Shown: one piece after another, positions 28,741 to 39,464 of the stretch | Numbering within the stretch: the stretch's first letter is position 1 | How the letters are laid out: each line of letters opens with the position of its first letter | Assembly (NCBI RefSeq): GCF_004353825.1 | Contig: NZ_SMNA01000014.1 | Location: forward strand, 1-64,000 | DNA length: 64,000 bases | Direction of reading: 5' to 3' | Source of the DNA: Occultella glacieicola | GTDB lineage: Bacteria; Actinomycetota; Actinomycetes; Actinomycetales; Beutenbergiaceae | Notes under the pieces: model-generated | Databases searched by the model: none | Told to the model about the DNA's origin: nothing | Seen by the model: only the letters and a program-made list of their open reading frames with translations | Translations under genes and position numbers: made by a program

Positions 28741-30978
28741 ATGCAACAGACCTGGCCCGGCCACCCCTACCCGCTGGGCGCCACCTACGACGGCACCGGA
28801 ACGAACTTCGCGCTGTACTCCTCCGTCGCGGAGCGCGTCGAACTGTGCCTGATCGACGACGACGGCATCGAGACCCGGTGTGAGGTCACCGAGGTCGACG
28901 CGTTCGTGTGGCACGTCTACCTGCCCACGGTCCAGCCCGGTCAGCGGTACGGCTACCGGGTGCACGGCCCCTACGACCCCGACCGGGGGCACCGGTGCAA
29001 CCCGTTCAAGCTGCTGTTGGACCCGTACGCCAAGGCCATCGACGGTCAGATCGACGGGGACGAGGCCCTCTTCGCGTACCGGTTCGAGGACGCCGACTTC
29101 CAGACGATCGTCAACGACGACGACTCCCTGCCGCACACGATGACGTCGGTGGTGACGAACCCGTTCTTCGACTGGGGCCACGACCGGCCACCGGACCGGG
29201 AGTACCACGACTCGGTCATCTACGAGGCCCACGTCAAGGGCATGACGATGCTGCACCCGGACGTGCCCGAGGAGATCCGCGGCACCTACGCCGGGCTCGC
29301 GCACCCGTCGGTGATCGGCCACCTGGTCGACCTCGGGGTGACCGCGATCGAACTCATGCCCGTGCACCAGTTCGTCCAGGACCCGCCCCTGGTGGAGCAG
29401 GGTCTGAGCAACTACTGGGGCTACAACACGATCGGGTACTTCGCCCCCCACAACGGCTACTCCGCGTTCGGCACCCGTGGCGAGCAGGTGCTCGAGTTCA
29501 AGAGCCTGGTCAAGGCCATGCACGCGGCCGGCATCGAGGTCATCCTCGACGTGGTCTACAACCACACCGCGGAGGGCAACCACCTCGGCCCGACGCTGTC
29601 CTTCCGCGGCATCGACAACGCCTCCTACTACCGTCTCGTCGACGAGGACAAGCGGCACTACTTCGACACCACCGGCACCGGCAACTCGCTGTTGATGCGG
29701 TCCCCGCACGTGCTGCAGATGATCATGGACTCGCTGCGGTACTGGATCACCGAGATGCACGTCGACGGGTTCCGGTTCGATCTGGCGGCGACCCTGGCCC
29801 GACAGTTCCACGAGGTCGACCGGCTGTCCTCGTTCTTCGACATCATCCAGCAGGACCCGGTGATCTCCCAGGTCAAGCTCATCGCCGAGCCGTGGGACCT
29901 CGGCACCGGCGGATACCAGGTGGGCGGGTTCCCGCCACTGTGGACGGAGTGGAACGGCAAGTACCGGGACACGGTCCGCGACTTCTGGCGCGGCGAGCCG
30001 TCCACGCTCGGTGAGTTCGCGAGCCGGATCACCGGATCCTCGGACCTGTACGAGCAGACCGGGCGCACGCCGATCGCGTCGATCAACTTCGTCACCGCAC
30101 ATGACGGCTTCACATTGGCGGACCTGGTCTCCTACAACGAGAAGCACAACGAGGCCAACGGCGAGGACGGTCAGGACGGCGAGAACCACAACCGCTCCTG
30201 GAACTGCGGCGTCGAGGGCCCCACCGACGACCCCGAGATCAGGGCACTCCGGGCCCGGCAGCAGCGCAACTTCCTGACCACCCTGCTGCTGTCCCAGGGC
30301 GTGCCGATGATCGCCCACGGCGACGAGCTGGGCCGAACCCAGCAGGGCAACAACAACACCTACGCCCAGGACAACGAACTGAGTTGGGTGCACTGGGACA
30401 CCGACGCCGAACAGAACGCGCTGCTCGCGTTCACCCAGTTCCTGATCAGGTTCCGTGCGGACCATCCCGTGATCCGCCGTCGCCGGTTCTTCAACGGCTC
30501 CACCTCGCCGGCGAACGGCCTCCCGGAACTGCCCGACCTGGTCTGGTTCGAGCCGAACGGTGCCGTGATGGGCCAGGACGCGTGGAACACCGCGTTCGCG
30601 CGCTCCGTCGCGGTGTTCGTCAACGGTGAAGCCATCGACGAGCCGGACGCACGCGGCCGCCGGATCACCGACGACTCGCTCTACCTCCTCGTGAACGCCG
30701 ACGCCGACGACATCGACTTCACCCTGCCGGACGCCGACTTCGGAGCCACCTGGAGCCCGGCGCTGACCACGGATGCCGACCAGGACCTCGGGTCCTCCTT
30801 CGAGGCCGGCAGCCAGGTCCCGGTCACCGCCCGCAGCATCGTCGTCCTGGCCCGCGGCCTGAGCGACTCCGGTGACGACACCGCTGTCTCGGCCCCGTCG
30901 CCGGTGGCCGCCGAGGCGACTGTGCCCACCCCGACCACGACCACGACGAGACGCCCGCCCGGAGGACGCCAGCAGTGA
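28741..30978 (+). CDS. glgX: Glycogen debranching enzyme (GH13 isoamylase)
   Basis: PYPLGAT, NYWGYNT, DVVYNH, DGFRFDLA, AEPWD, TAHDGFT. Confidence 0.96.
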   Translation: MQQTWPGHPYPLGATYDGTGTNFALYSSVAERVELCLIDDDGIETRCEVTEVDAFVWHVYLPTVQPGQRYGYRVHGPYDPDRGHRCNPFKLLLDPYAKAIDGQIDGDEALFAYRFEDADFQTIVNDDDSLPHTMTSVVTNPFFDWGHDRPPDREYHDSVIYEAHVKGMTMLHPDVPEEIRGTYAGLAHPSVIGHLVDLGVTAIELMPVHQFVQDPPLVEQGLSNYWGYNTIGYFAPHNGYSAFGTRGEQVLEFKSLVKAMHAAGIEVILDVVYNHTAEGNHLGPTLSFRGIDNASYYRLVDEDKRHYFDTTGTGNSLLMRSPHVLQMIMDSLRYWITEMHVDGFRFDLAATLARQFHEVDRLSSFFDIIQQDPVISQVKLIAEPWDLGTGGYQVGGFPPLWTEWNGKYRDTVRDFWRGEPSTLGEFASRITGSSDLYEQTGRTPIASINFVTAHDGFTLADLVSYNEKHNEANGEDGQDGENHNRSWNCGVEGPTDDPEIRALRARQQRNFLTTLLLSQGVPMIAHGDELGRTQQGNNNTYAQDNELSWVHWDTDAEQNALLAFTQFLIRFRADHPVIRRRRFFNGSTSPANGLPELPDLVWFEPNGAVMGQDAWNTAFARSVAVFVNGEAIDEPDARGRRITDDSLYLLVNADADDIDFTLPDADFGATWSPALTTDADQDLGSSFEAGSQVPVTARSIVVLARGLSDSGDDTAVSAPSPVAAEATVPTPTTTTTRRPPGGRQQ

Positions 30979-33476
30979 CCGACCGCGCGAACGGATCGAC
31001 CCGCCGCACCCCGATCTCGACCTACCGGCTGCAACTCGGCCCCGACCTGGGATTCGACGAGGCCGCCACCAAGGTCGGCTACCTGAGCGATCTCGGCGTC
31101 ACCGACCTGTACCTGTCCCCCGTGCTCGCCGCCGCTCCCGGCTCCACCCACGGCTACGACGTCATCGACCACGGCCGGCTCTCCGAGGTGATGGGTGGGC
31201 GGCCGGCTTTCGAACGACTGGTCGCCGCCGCCCGGGCCCACGACCTGGGCATCGTGATCGATGTGGTCCCGAACCACATGGCCGTGCCCACGCCGGCGAG
31301 CCTGAACCGGGTGCTCTGGTCGGTACTCGCCGAGGGCCCCGAGTCGCCCTACGCGTCCTGGTTCGACGTGGACTGGGGCGAGGGTGCCCAGGTGCTGATG
31401 CCGGTCCTCGGCCGTCGGCTCGGCGCGGCAATGGCCGACGGCGAGATCACGGTCTCCCGGTTGGACGAGCCGGAGGTCGGGATCAGTGCCGACCAGCCCG
31501 TGCTGTGCTACTTCGAGCACCGGTTCCCGATCCGGCCCGGCACCGAGCACCTGCCGTTGGCCGAGCTTCTGGAGCGCCAGCACTACCGGCTCGCGTACTG
31601 GCGGGTCGCGGACGAGGAGCTCAACTACCGGCGCTTCTTCGACGTCGGCTCGCTGGTGGCGGTCAGGGTCGAGCGCCCGGAGGTGTTCGACGCCACCCAC
31701 GCCCTGCTCCTGGACCTGTTCGACGCCGGCCTGGTCGACGGGTTCCGGATCGACCATCCGGACGGCCTGGCCGACCCGCGCGGATACTTCCGGCGCCTGG
31801 ACGAGCGGACCGGCGGGGCGTGGACGGTCGCGGAGAAGATCCTCGAGGCGGACGAGACGCTGCCCGCGGACTGGCCGACGGCCGGCACCACCGGCTACGA
31901 CGCCGCCTGGCGGATCGGGCAGGTCCTCATCGACCCCGCCGGCGCCGGCCCGCTCGGGACCGTGCTGACCGAACTCACCGGGGACACCGTGGGCTCCCTG
32001 CCGCGGCTCACCGAGGTGTCCAAGCGGGAGATCGCCACCGGCCCGCTCTACGCCGAGGTGCACCGGCTCTCCTCGCTGATCGCGGACCTGTGCCACGACG
32101 ACGTCCGGCTGCGCGACCACACCCTGCGCGCGATCACCGACTGCGTCACCGAGCTCGTGGTCGCCTGCGACCGGTACCGGGCGTATGTGGTCCCGGGTGA
32201 GGTCGCCTCCGGCGCGAGCGAGGCGCTCGTGCGGGAGTGGGCGCACCTCGCCGCGACGCGGCTGGAACCGGACCGCGCGGAGACCCTGGAGGTCGTGGTC
32301 GACCTGGTGCTCGGACGCGAGGTGGGCAGCGCGGGCCGCCACCACGAGTCGCGCCGCAACGAGGTGATCATCCGGTTCCAGCAGGTCTGCGGCGCGGTTG
32401 TCGCCAAGGGCGTCGAGGACACCACGTTCTACCGCTGGACGCACCTGAGCGCCCTCTGCGAGGTGGGCGGCGCCCCGCAGGCGTTCGCCATCGGCGGTGA
32501 CGAACTGCACGCGTGGGCCGCCACCACGCAACTGCAGCGCCCGGCCGGCATGACCGCCGGGTCCACGCACGACAACAAGCGCGGCGAGGACGTGCGCGCC
32601 CGGATCGGCGTGCTGTCCGAGCTTTCCGGTCCGTGGCAGCAAGCGGTCGCCGCGCTGCGGGCAGCGACGGCCCCGTACCGGCCGACAGACCTGGACGGGC
32701 GCACCGAGAACCTGCTCTGGCAGACCCTCGCGGGCACCTGGACCGACGACGGCCCGATCGCCGCGGCCCGGCTGACCGGGTACCTGATCAAGGCGGCCCG
32801 GGAAGCGAAGACCTGGACCACCTGGACGACGCCCGATGCGCCCGGCGAAGAGGCCCTGACGACGTTCGTCACGTCGCTCCTCGAGGATCCCGCGGTGCGG
32901 CAGGTGCTCACCGAGTGGGTCCGGCTGTCCGCCGAGCCGGTACGGTCGGCGGTGCTGGCCACGAAGGCGCTGCAGCTCACGCTTCCCGGGGTGGCTGACA
33001 CCTACCAGGGCACCGAGTCAACTCGGGTTGCCCTCGTGGATCCGGACAACCGTGGTCCGGTGGACCATGACCCGCTCGCCCGTGAACTGAAGCGGCTCGA
33101 CGGCGGCGCCTCGCCGCGGGACCTGGCCGCCGAGAAGCTGCGGCTCACTGCATCGACGCTGCGACTGCGGCGGCGCGTCCCGGAGGCATTCGTCGGTGCG
33201 GCGGCCGGGTACGAGCCGCTGCCGACGTCCACCGGGCACGCGGTCGCGTTCGCGCGCACGGTCGACGGCGTCCCCGCCGTGGTCACGGTCGTCACCCGGC
33301 TCTCGGTCGCCCTGTCCGCAGGCGGCGGTTGGGGCGGGCGGTCCGTGGTGCTTCCCGAGGGACGCTGGCGCGACGTGCTCACCGGCGCGGAACACGACGG
33401 CGGCCCGGTGGACCTGGCGCGCCTGCTCACCGAGTCGCCGGTCGCGGTGCTGGAGACGGCGGGGGCCGCCACATGA
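30975..33476 (+). CDS. treY: Maltooligosyl trehalose synthase
   Basis: STYRLQ, GSTHGYDV, DVVPNHM, RIDHPDGL, EKIL, STHDNKRGEDVRAR. Confidence 0.95.
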   Translation: MTDRANGSTRRTPISTYRLQLGPDLGFDEAATKVGYLSDLGVTDLYLSPVLAAAPGSTHGYDVIDHGRLSEVMGGRPAFERLVAAARAHDLGIVIDVVPNHMAVPTPASLNRVLWSVLAEGPESPYASWFDVDWGEGAQVLMPVLGRRLGAAMADGEITVSRLDEPEVGISADQPVLCYFEHRFPIRPGTEHLPLAELLERQHYRLAYWRVADEELNYRRFFDVGSLVAVRVERPEVFDATHALLLDLFDAGLVDGFRIDHPDGLADPRGYFRRLDERTGGAWTVAEKILEADETLPADWPTAGTTGYDAAWRIGQVLIDPAGAGPLGTVLTELTGDTVGSLPRLTEVSKREIATGPLYAEVHRLSSLIADLCHDDVRLRDHTLRAITDCVTELVVACDRYRAYVVPGEVASGASEALVREWAHLAATRLEPDRAETLEVVVDLVLGREVGSAGRHHESRRNEVIIRFQQVCGAVVAKGVEDTTFYRWTHLSALCEVGGAPQAFAIGGDELHAWAATTQLQRPAGMTAGSTHDNKRGEDVRARIGVLSELSGPWQQAVAALRAATAPYRPTDLDGRTENLLWQTLAGTWTDDGPIAAARLTGYLIKAAREAKTWTTWTTPDAPGEEALTTFVTSLLEDPAVRQVLTEWVRLSAEPVRSAVLATKALQLTLPGVADTYQGTESTRVALVDPDNRGPVDHDPLARELKRLDGGASPRDLAAEKLRLTASTLRLRRRVPEAFVGAAAGYEPLPTSTGHAVAFARTVDGVPAVVTVVTRLSVALSAGGGWGGRSVVLPEGRWRDVLTGAEHDGGPVDLARLLTESPVAVLETAGAAT

Positions 33477-35254
33477 GCGGCAGGACCGACATCGTTGGCG
33501 CCCCCCTGCGGGTCTGGGCCCCGCACGCCCAGGTGGTCGCCGCCGACCTCGGCGACCGGCTCCTGACCATGCGACCCGACGGCGACGGCTGGTGGGAGAG
33601 CGACGGGCCGGTGCCCACCGGGACCGACTACGCGTTCCGGCTCGACGGTGGCGACCCCCTGCCCGACCCGCGCAGCCCGTGGCAACCGGACGGGGTGCAC
33701 GCCGCCTCGCGCACGTTCGACACCGGCGCGCACCGATGGGCCGACGCCGGCTGGTCCGGCATCGACGTGCGCGGGGCGGTCCTCTACGAGCTGCACATCG
33801 GCACGTTCACCACCCAGGGCACCCTCGACGCCGCGCTGGCCCGGCTCCCCCACCTCGTCGACCTCGGTGTGCAGGTCGTCCAGCTGATGCCGGTCGCCGC
33901 GTTCCCCGGCCGCGCCGGCTGGGGCTACGACGGCGTCGACCTGTACGCCGTGCACGAGCCCTACGGCGGCCCCGCCGCGCTGCAGCGGTTCGTCGACGGC
34001 GCGCACCAGCTCGGCCTGGGCGTCAGCCTCGACGTCGTCTACAACCACCTCGGTCCGTCCGGGAACTACCTGAGCCGCTACGGCCCGTACTTCACCGACC
34101 GGCACCGGACGCCGTGGGGCGAGGCCGTCAATCTCGACGGTCCCGGCTCGCCCGGAGTCCGGGCGTTCGTCCTCGAGAACGCCGTGCGCTGGCTCCGCGA
34201 CTTCCACCTCGACGCCCTCCGGCTCGATGCCGTCCATGCCCTCGCCGACGACTCCCCGGTGCACCTGCTCGCCGAACTCGCCACCGCCGTCGAGCAGCTT
34301 GCCGACGAGCTCGGCCGGCCGCTCGGACTGATCGCCGAGTCGGACCTCAACGATGTCGCGATGGTCACCCCGGTGGCCGAGGGCGGGCTGGGCATGACGG
34401 CCCAGTGGGACGACGACGTGCACCACGCCATCCACGCCTTCCTCACCGGGGAACGGCACGGTTACTACGCCGACTTCGGGTCCTACAACACCCTCGCGAA
34501 GGCACTCGCCGAGGTGTTCGTCCACAACGGCGGGTTCTCCTCCTTCCGCGGCCGAGCCTGGGGCGCGCCGGTGCCCGCCGAGGTCAGCGGTCACCGGTTC
34601 GTGGTGTCCACCACCACCCACGACCAGGTGGGCAACCGAGGCCGCGGGGACCGGCCGGCGGCCCGCCTCAGCGAGGGTCGGCAGGCGATCTCCGCCGCCC
34701 TCCTGCTAACCACCGGCTTCACCCCGATGCTGTTCATGGGCGAGGAGTGGTCGGCGTCGACCCCGTGGATGTTCTTCACCGACCACGCCGACCCGGACCT
34801 GGCCCGCTCGATCCGGGAGGGCCGGGCCAGGGAGTTCGGCGACCACGGTTGGGCCGACCTGTACGGGGACGACGCCGAGCCACCGGACCCGCAGGACCCG
34901 GCCACCGTGGCGGCCTCGACCCTCGACTGGGCCGAGAGCGGACGCGGTCACCACGCACGGATCCGCGCGTTCTACCGCGACCTGATCGCCCTGCGGGCCC
35001 GGATCCCGGACCTGCGCAGCGGCGACCGGCGGGCGACATCCATCGAGCACGACGCCGCCGCCGGATGGCTGCGGATCCGGCGCCGGTCGGTGCTGACCGT
35101 GATGAACCTCGCGGCGGACGAGCGGGTGGTGCCGCTGGCCGACGCCGACGCTTGGTCGGTGGCGCTCGCCTGGGACTCGCCGGCCGAGGACGCGCTCACC
35201 GACACCGGGCTGCGCCTGCCCGCGGACGGCGTAGCGGTGCTCGTCAGTCGGTGA
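33473..35254 (+). CDS. treZ: Maltooligosyl trehalose trehalohydrolase
   Basis: RVWAP, YELHIGTFT, WGYDGV, LRLDAVH, HDQVGNR, PMLFMGEEW; ATGA overlap with treY. Confidence 0.95.
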   Translation: MSGRTDIVGAPLRVWAPHAQVVAADLGDRLLTMRPDGDGWWESDGPVPTGTDYAFRLDGGDPLPDPRSPWQPDGVHAASRTFDTGAHRWADAGWSGIDVRGAVLYELHIGTFTTQGTLDAALARLPHLVDLGVQVVQLMPVAAFPGRAGWGYDGVDLYAVHEPYGGPAALQRFVDGAHQLGLGVSLDVVYNHLGPSGNYLSRYGPYFTDRHRTPWGEAVNLDGPGSPGVRAFVLENAVRWLRDFHLDALRLDAVHALADDSPVHLLAELATAVEQLADELGRPLGLIAESDLNDVAMVTPVAEGGLGMTAQWDDDVHHAIHAFLTGERHGYYADFGSYNTLAKALAEVFVHNGGFSSFRGRAWGAPVPAEVSGHRFVVSTTTHDQVGNRGRGDRPAARLSEGRQAISAALLLTTGFTPMLFMGEEWSASTPWMFFTDHADPDLARSIREGRAREFGDHGWADLYGDDAEPPDPQDPATVAASTLDWAESGRGHHARIRAFYRDLIALRARIPDLRSGDRRATSIEHDAAAGWLRIRRRSVLTVMNLAADERVVPLADADAWSVALAWDSPAEDALTDTGLRLPADGVAVLVSR

Positions 35255-36146
35255 CGGCGCGCAGGTGCGCAAGCAGTCCCCGGGTGAGCTCGACGTCCAC
35301 GGCGCACGCGACGCCGTCGAGTATGCGCACCGGAACCACCAGCCGCACGCTCGAGGTGAGCCACAGCCCGTCCGCGCCGGCGAGTTCGGCCGCCTCGAGC
35401 CGACGCTCCACGGTCCGCAGCCCCCGCCCGGCGAAGAAGTCGAAGGCCCGCGCCTGCGTGGTGCCGGGCAGGATCGCCTGGTCGGTCGGCGGGGTGACCA
35501 CCTCGTCGCCGATCCGCGCCAGGACGTTCGCGGTGGGCCCCTCGAGGACGGCGCCGTCCGCGCTGACGAAGATGACGTCGTCCGCGTCGTGGCCGTGGGC
35601 GTACCGAAGGGCGGCCATGTTGACGGCGTAGGAGAGCGTCTTGGCGCCCTGCAGCAGCCATGGCGCGCGCTGGGCGACATCGGCCGGGAAGCCCCGATCG
35701 AGCGTGAGGACCCGGACGCCGTCGCGCCGGGACGCGTCCAGGTCGGGGGCCGGGGCGAGCCGCACCCAACCGGTCGCCACGCCGGTGCCCTCGACGCCCC
35801 GGGTGAGCACGGTCTTGACGCCGACCTCCGGGCCCAGCGTGCCGGCGGTCCGTGCGGTCTCGATGGCGGCCAGGACGGCCGCGCGCCAGACGTCCAGGCG
35901 CGGAGCGGGCAGGTCGAGCTGGGCTGCGGACCGGGCGAACCTGAGCAGGTGCGCGTCGAGCGCCTGCGGGCGGCCGTCCATCACTCCGATCGTCTCGAAG
36001 ATCCCGTCCCCGCGGACCGCGCCGAGGTCGTTGACGTCCAGGTGCGGCACCGTCGGGTCCGCCGGCGCGAAACCCGTGCCATCGAGCGGTTCGTTCTCGG
36101 TGGGAGCACTGAGCAGGACGAGGACCGGTGCGGGAACTGTCGACAC
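35244..36146 (-). CDS. Class IV PLP aminotransferase / aminodeoxychorismate lyase-like
   Basis: RGDGIFET, AKTLSYAVN, EGPTAN, ILPGTT, SSVR; TATGCT -10 element 7 nt before GTG 36146. Confidence 0.88.
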   Translation of the reverse strand: MSTVPAPVLVLLSAPTENEPLDGTGFAPADPTVPHLDVNDLGAVRGDGIFETIGVMDGRPQALDAHLLRFARSAAQLDLPAPRLDVWRAAVLAAIETARTAGTLGPEVGVKTVLTRGVEGTGVATGWVRLAPAPDLDASRRDGVRVLTLDRGFPADVAQRAPWLLQGAKTLSYAVNMAALRYAHGHDADDVIFVSADGAVLEGPTANVLARIGDEVVTPPTDQAILPGTTQARAFDFFAGRGLRTVERRLEAAELAGADGLWLTSSVRLVVPVRILDGVACAVDVELTRGLLAHLRAVTD

Positions 36147-36296
36147 ACCCGCGAGCATAGGCGCGCGACCTGCGAACGGACGCCGACGCCGTCGGGGCGT
36201 GTGCGACGCGAACGCGAGCGACGCCGTCGTGCCGCTCCACGCTCGCAGCCATCTTTTTACGACACGCTGTTGTGATCAATTTCATCGCGCCGTTGG

Positions 36297-36315
36297 TTAG
36301 GTAAGGCTTTGCTCA
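36297..36315 (+). promoter_or_regulatory. DtxR/IdeR iron box
   Basis: TTAGGTAAGGCTTTGCTCA resembles the consensus TTAGGTTAGGCTAACCTAA and lies upstream of iron uptake genes. Confidence 0.8.
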
Positions 36316-36384
36316 CCAATATGGTGAGGGGGTCCACGCCGGGTCCGCTCGGCATCCTGACCTCACGTGTCGAAGGGTCGATCC

Positions 36385-37425
36385 ATGTCATCCCGCCCCC
36401 GCCCGTCCGCCGTCTCGACCGCACCACGGCGGGCCGCTCGACGCGGCTACGTCGCGGCGCTCGCCGCCGCGTCCGTACTCGCCCTGGGCGCCTGCGCCGG
36501 CGAGGCCACCGCCGACGACGAGGCGGGCGACGACCCGACGACCGCCCAGGCCACGTCCGTCGAGGTCGAGGACAACAACGGCACCCAGACGATCCGGCTG
36601 CCGCTCGAGTCGGTCGTCGCGACCGACAACCGCACCTTCGAGACGCTCTCGGACTGGGGCATCGAGCTGACCGCCGCCGCGGTCTCCCTGATGCCGGACA
36701 CGATCGCCTACACCGACGACGACACGATCATCGACCTCGGCAACCACCGCGAGCCCGACCTCGAGGCGATCGTCGCCGTCGAACCGGACCTGATCGTCAA
36801 CGGCCAGCGCTTCACCCAGTACCACGACGACTTCGCCGGGCTGGCGCCGGACGCCGTCGTGCTCGAACTGGACCCGCGCGAGGGCGAACCGTTCGACGAC
36901 GAACTGCGCCGGCAGATCACCGTGCTCGGTGAGGTCTTCGGCCACCAGGACGACGCCGCACAACTGATCGCCGACTTCGACGCCGCGATCGACCGGGTGG
37001 CCGCCGCCTACGACCCGGCCACGACGGTCATGGCCGTGAACACCTCCGGCGGTGAGATCGGCTACATCGCCCCGTCCGTGGGCCGCACGATCGGGCCGAT
37101 GTTCGACATCTTCGGCCTCACGCCGGCCCTGGAGGTGCCCGACGGCAGCGACGACCACGAGGGCGACGACATCTCGGTCGAGGCCATCGCGGACTCCGAC
37201 CCGGACCTGATCCTGGTGATGGACCGCGACGCGGCCATCTCCGCGGACGACCCCGCCTACGTACCCGGCGCGGACATCATCGAGGACTCCGAGGCCCTGG
37301 CGAACGTGACCGCGGTGGCCGACGGCAACATCGTCTACATGCCGGCGGACACCTACACGAACGAGGGCATCCAGACCTACACGGAGTTCTTCAACACCCT
37401 GGCGGACGCGCTCGAGCAGGGCTGA
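36385..37425 (+). CDS. Iron-siderophore ABC transporter substrate-binding lipoprotein
   Basis: Lipobox LGAC, GNHREPDLEAIVAVEPDLI, VMDRDAA; very acidic. Confidence 0.9.
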   Translation: MSSRPRPSAVSTAPRRAARRGYVAALAAASVLALGACAGEATADDEAGDDPTTAQATSVEVEDNNGTQTIRLPLESVVATDNRTFETLSDWGIELTAAAVSLMPDTIAYTDDDTIIDLGNHREPDLEAIVAVEPDLIVNGQRFTQYHDDFAGLAPDAVVLELDPREGEPFDDELRRQITVLGEVFGHQDDAAQLIADFDAAIDRVAAAYDPATTVMAVNTSGGEIGYIAPSVGRTIGPMFDIFGLTPALEVPDGSDDHEGDDISVEAIADSDPDLILVMDRDAAISADDPAYVPGADIIEDSEALANVTAVADGNIVYMPADTYTNEGIQTYTEFFNTLADALEQG

Positions 37426-37432
37426 TCCCGGC

Positions 37433-38419
37433 GTGACGACCACCCCCACCGCACCACGACGCCCGCCCACCCGAGGCCTGCTCGACCCGCGCCTGCTGAT
37501 CGGCGTCGGCGTCGTCGGCGCGCTCCTGGTGGTCTCGCTGCTGACCGGCGAGTACGACGTCGTCGGGGCCTCCGACGGTGGCGAGATGTTCGCCATCACC
37601 CGGGTCCCGCGGACCATCGCCCTGGTCCTCGCCGGTGCGGCGATGTCGATGTGCGGCCTCGTGATGCAGCTGCTCACGCAGAACCGGTTCGTCGAGCCGA
37701 CCACCACCGGCACCACCGAGTGGGCCGGCCTCGGCCTCCTCGGCGTGATGGTGGTGTTCCCCGGCGCCGGCATCGCGGCCCGGATGGGCGGCGCGGTGCT
37801 CGCGGCGTTCATCGGCACGATGGTGTTCTTCGCGTTCCTGCGCCGCGTCTCGCTGAAGTCGTCGCTGATCGTGCCGATCGTGGGGATCATGTTCGGCGCC
37901 GTCGTCGGGTCCGTGTCCACGTTCGTCGCCCTGCAGACCGACATGCTCCAGAACCTCGGGATCTGGTTCGCCGGGAGCTTCACCTCGGTCCTGCGCGGGC
38001 AGTACGAGGCGCTCTGGATCGTGGCCGCCATCGTGGTCGTGGTCTTCATCGTCGCGGACCGGTTCACCGTGGCCGGCCTCGGCGAGGAGATCGCCACGAA
38101 CGTCGGCCTGAACTACGACCGGGTCATCCTGCTCGGCACCGGCCTGATCGCGATCGCGACCGGCGTGGTCACGGTGGTGGTGGGCAACCTGCCGTTCCTC
38201 GGCCTGATCGTGCCGAACGTCGTCTCGATGTTCCGTGGCGACGACCTGCGCAGCAACCTGCCCTGGGTATGTCTGCTCGGCATCGCGATCGTGACCCTGT
38301 GCGACCTGATCGGGAGGACGATCATCGCGCCCTTCGAGGTGCCGGTCTCCCTGATCCTCGGGGTCGTCGGCGCCGTCGTGTTCATCGCCCTGTTGTTGCG
38401 GCAGCGTCGTCATGGCTGA
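37433..38419 (+). CDS. Iron-siderophore ABC permease (FecCD family)
   Basis: RVPRTIAL...MQLLTQNRFVEP, PFLGLIVPN. Confidence 0.92.
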   Translation: MTTTPTAPRRPPTRGLLDPRLLIGVGVVGALLVVSLLTGEYDVVGASDGGEMFAITRVPRTIALVLAGAAMSMCGLVMQLLTQNRFVEPTTTGTTEWAGLGLLGVMVVFPGAGIAARMGGAVLAAFIGTMVFFAFLRRVSLKSSLIVPIVGIMFGAVVGSVSTFVALQTDMLQNLGIWFAGSFTSVLRGQYEALWIVAAIVVVVFIVADRFTVAGLGEEIATNVGLNYDRVILLGTGLIAIATGVVTVVVGNLPFLGLIVPNVVSMFRGDDLRSNLPWVCLLGIAIVTLCDLIGRTIIAPFEVPVSLILGVVGAVVFIALLLRQRRHG

Positions 38420-39464
38420 GGCGACGATCACGCGGCCGGACCGGCGCACTCCGCCGGCCTCCGGCCGGACCACCAGCGCGTTCGGCACCCCGCGGGCCCA
38501 CCGCCGCTACCGGATCACGCTCGCCGTCCTGATCGTGCTCGCGGTCGGGTTCGGGTTCGGGCTGCTCGCCTGGGACAACCCGATGCCGGTCGGCTCCGAC
38601 GGGTTCTGGCGGATCGCCAGGATGCGCGCGACCAGCGTCCTCGTGATGGCGATCGTCGCGATCTGCCAGGCCACGGCGACCGTCAGCTTCCAGACGGCAA
38701 CGAACAACAGGATCATCACGCCGTCGATCATGGGGTTCGAGTCGCTGTACGTGGCGATCCAGACGGCCGCGATCTACTTCCTCGGCGTGAGTGGGCTGGT
38801 CGCCCTGACCGGGCTCCCCCAGTTCGTGATGCAGGTCGCGGTGATGGTCGGACTGTCCCTGCTGCTGTACGGCTGGCTCCTGTCCGGACGGTACGCGAAC
38901 CTGCAGGTCATGCTGCTGGTCGGGATCATCATCGGCGGAGGGCTCGGCTCGGTCTCGACCTTTATGCAGCGCCTGCTGACCCCGAGCGACTTCGACATCC
39001 TCACTGCTCGGCTGTTCGGCTCGGTCTCGAACGCCGACCCCGACTACTTCCCCGTGGCGATCCCGCTCTGCGTCGCCGCCGCGGTCGCGCTCTGGCTGCG
39101 TGCGCGGCGCCTGAACGTGCTCACCCTCGGCCGCGACGCCACGAACAACCTCGGGCTGGACCACCGGTCCGAGATCATGAAGGTGCTGTTCGGAGTCTCA
39201 CTCCTGATGGCCACGTCCACGGCCCTGGTGGGTCCGATGACGTTCCTCGGCTTCCTGGTCGCGACCCTGGCCTACCAGATCTCGGGCTCCGCCGACCACC
39301 GTCACATCTTCCCGGTCGCGATCCTCACCTGCTTCGTGGTGCTGTCCGGGGCCTACTTCATCATGCGGAACGTCTTCTACGCCCAGGGCGTCGTCTCGAT
39401 CATCATCGAGCTCGTCGGCGGGTCGGTGTTCCTCGTCGTGCTGCTCCGGAAGGGCCGCCTGTGA
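38412..39464 (+). CDS. Iron-siderophore ABC permease (FecCD family)
   Basis: FQTATNNRIITPSIMG, VGPMTFLGFL. Confidence 0.92.
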   Translation: MAEATITRPDRRTPPASGRTTSAFGTPRAHRRYRITLAVLIVLAVGFGFGLLAWDNPMPVGSDGFWRIARMRATSVLVMAIVAICQATATVSFQTATNNRIITPSIMGFESLYVAIQTAAIYFLGVSGLVALTGLPQFVMQVAVMVGLSLLLYGWLLSGRYANLQVMLLVGIIIGGGLGSVSTFMQRLLTPSDFDILTARLFGSVSNADPDYFPVAIPLCVAAAVALWLRARRLNVLTLGRDATNNLGLDHRSEIMKVLFGVSLLMATSTALVGPMTFLGFLVATLAYQISGSADHRHIFPVAILTCFVVLSGAYFIMRNVFYAQGVVSIIIELVGGSVFLVVLLRKGRL

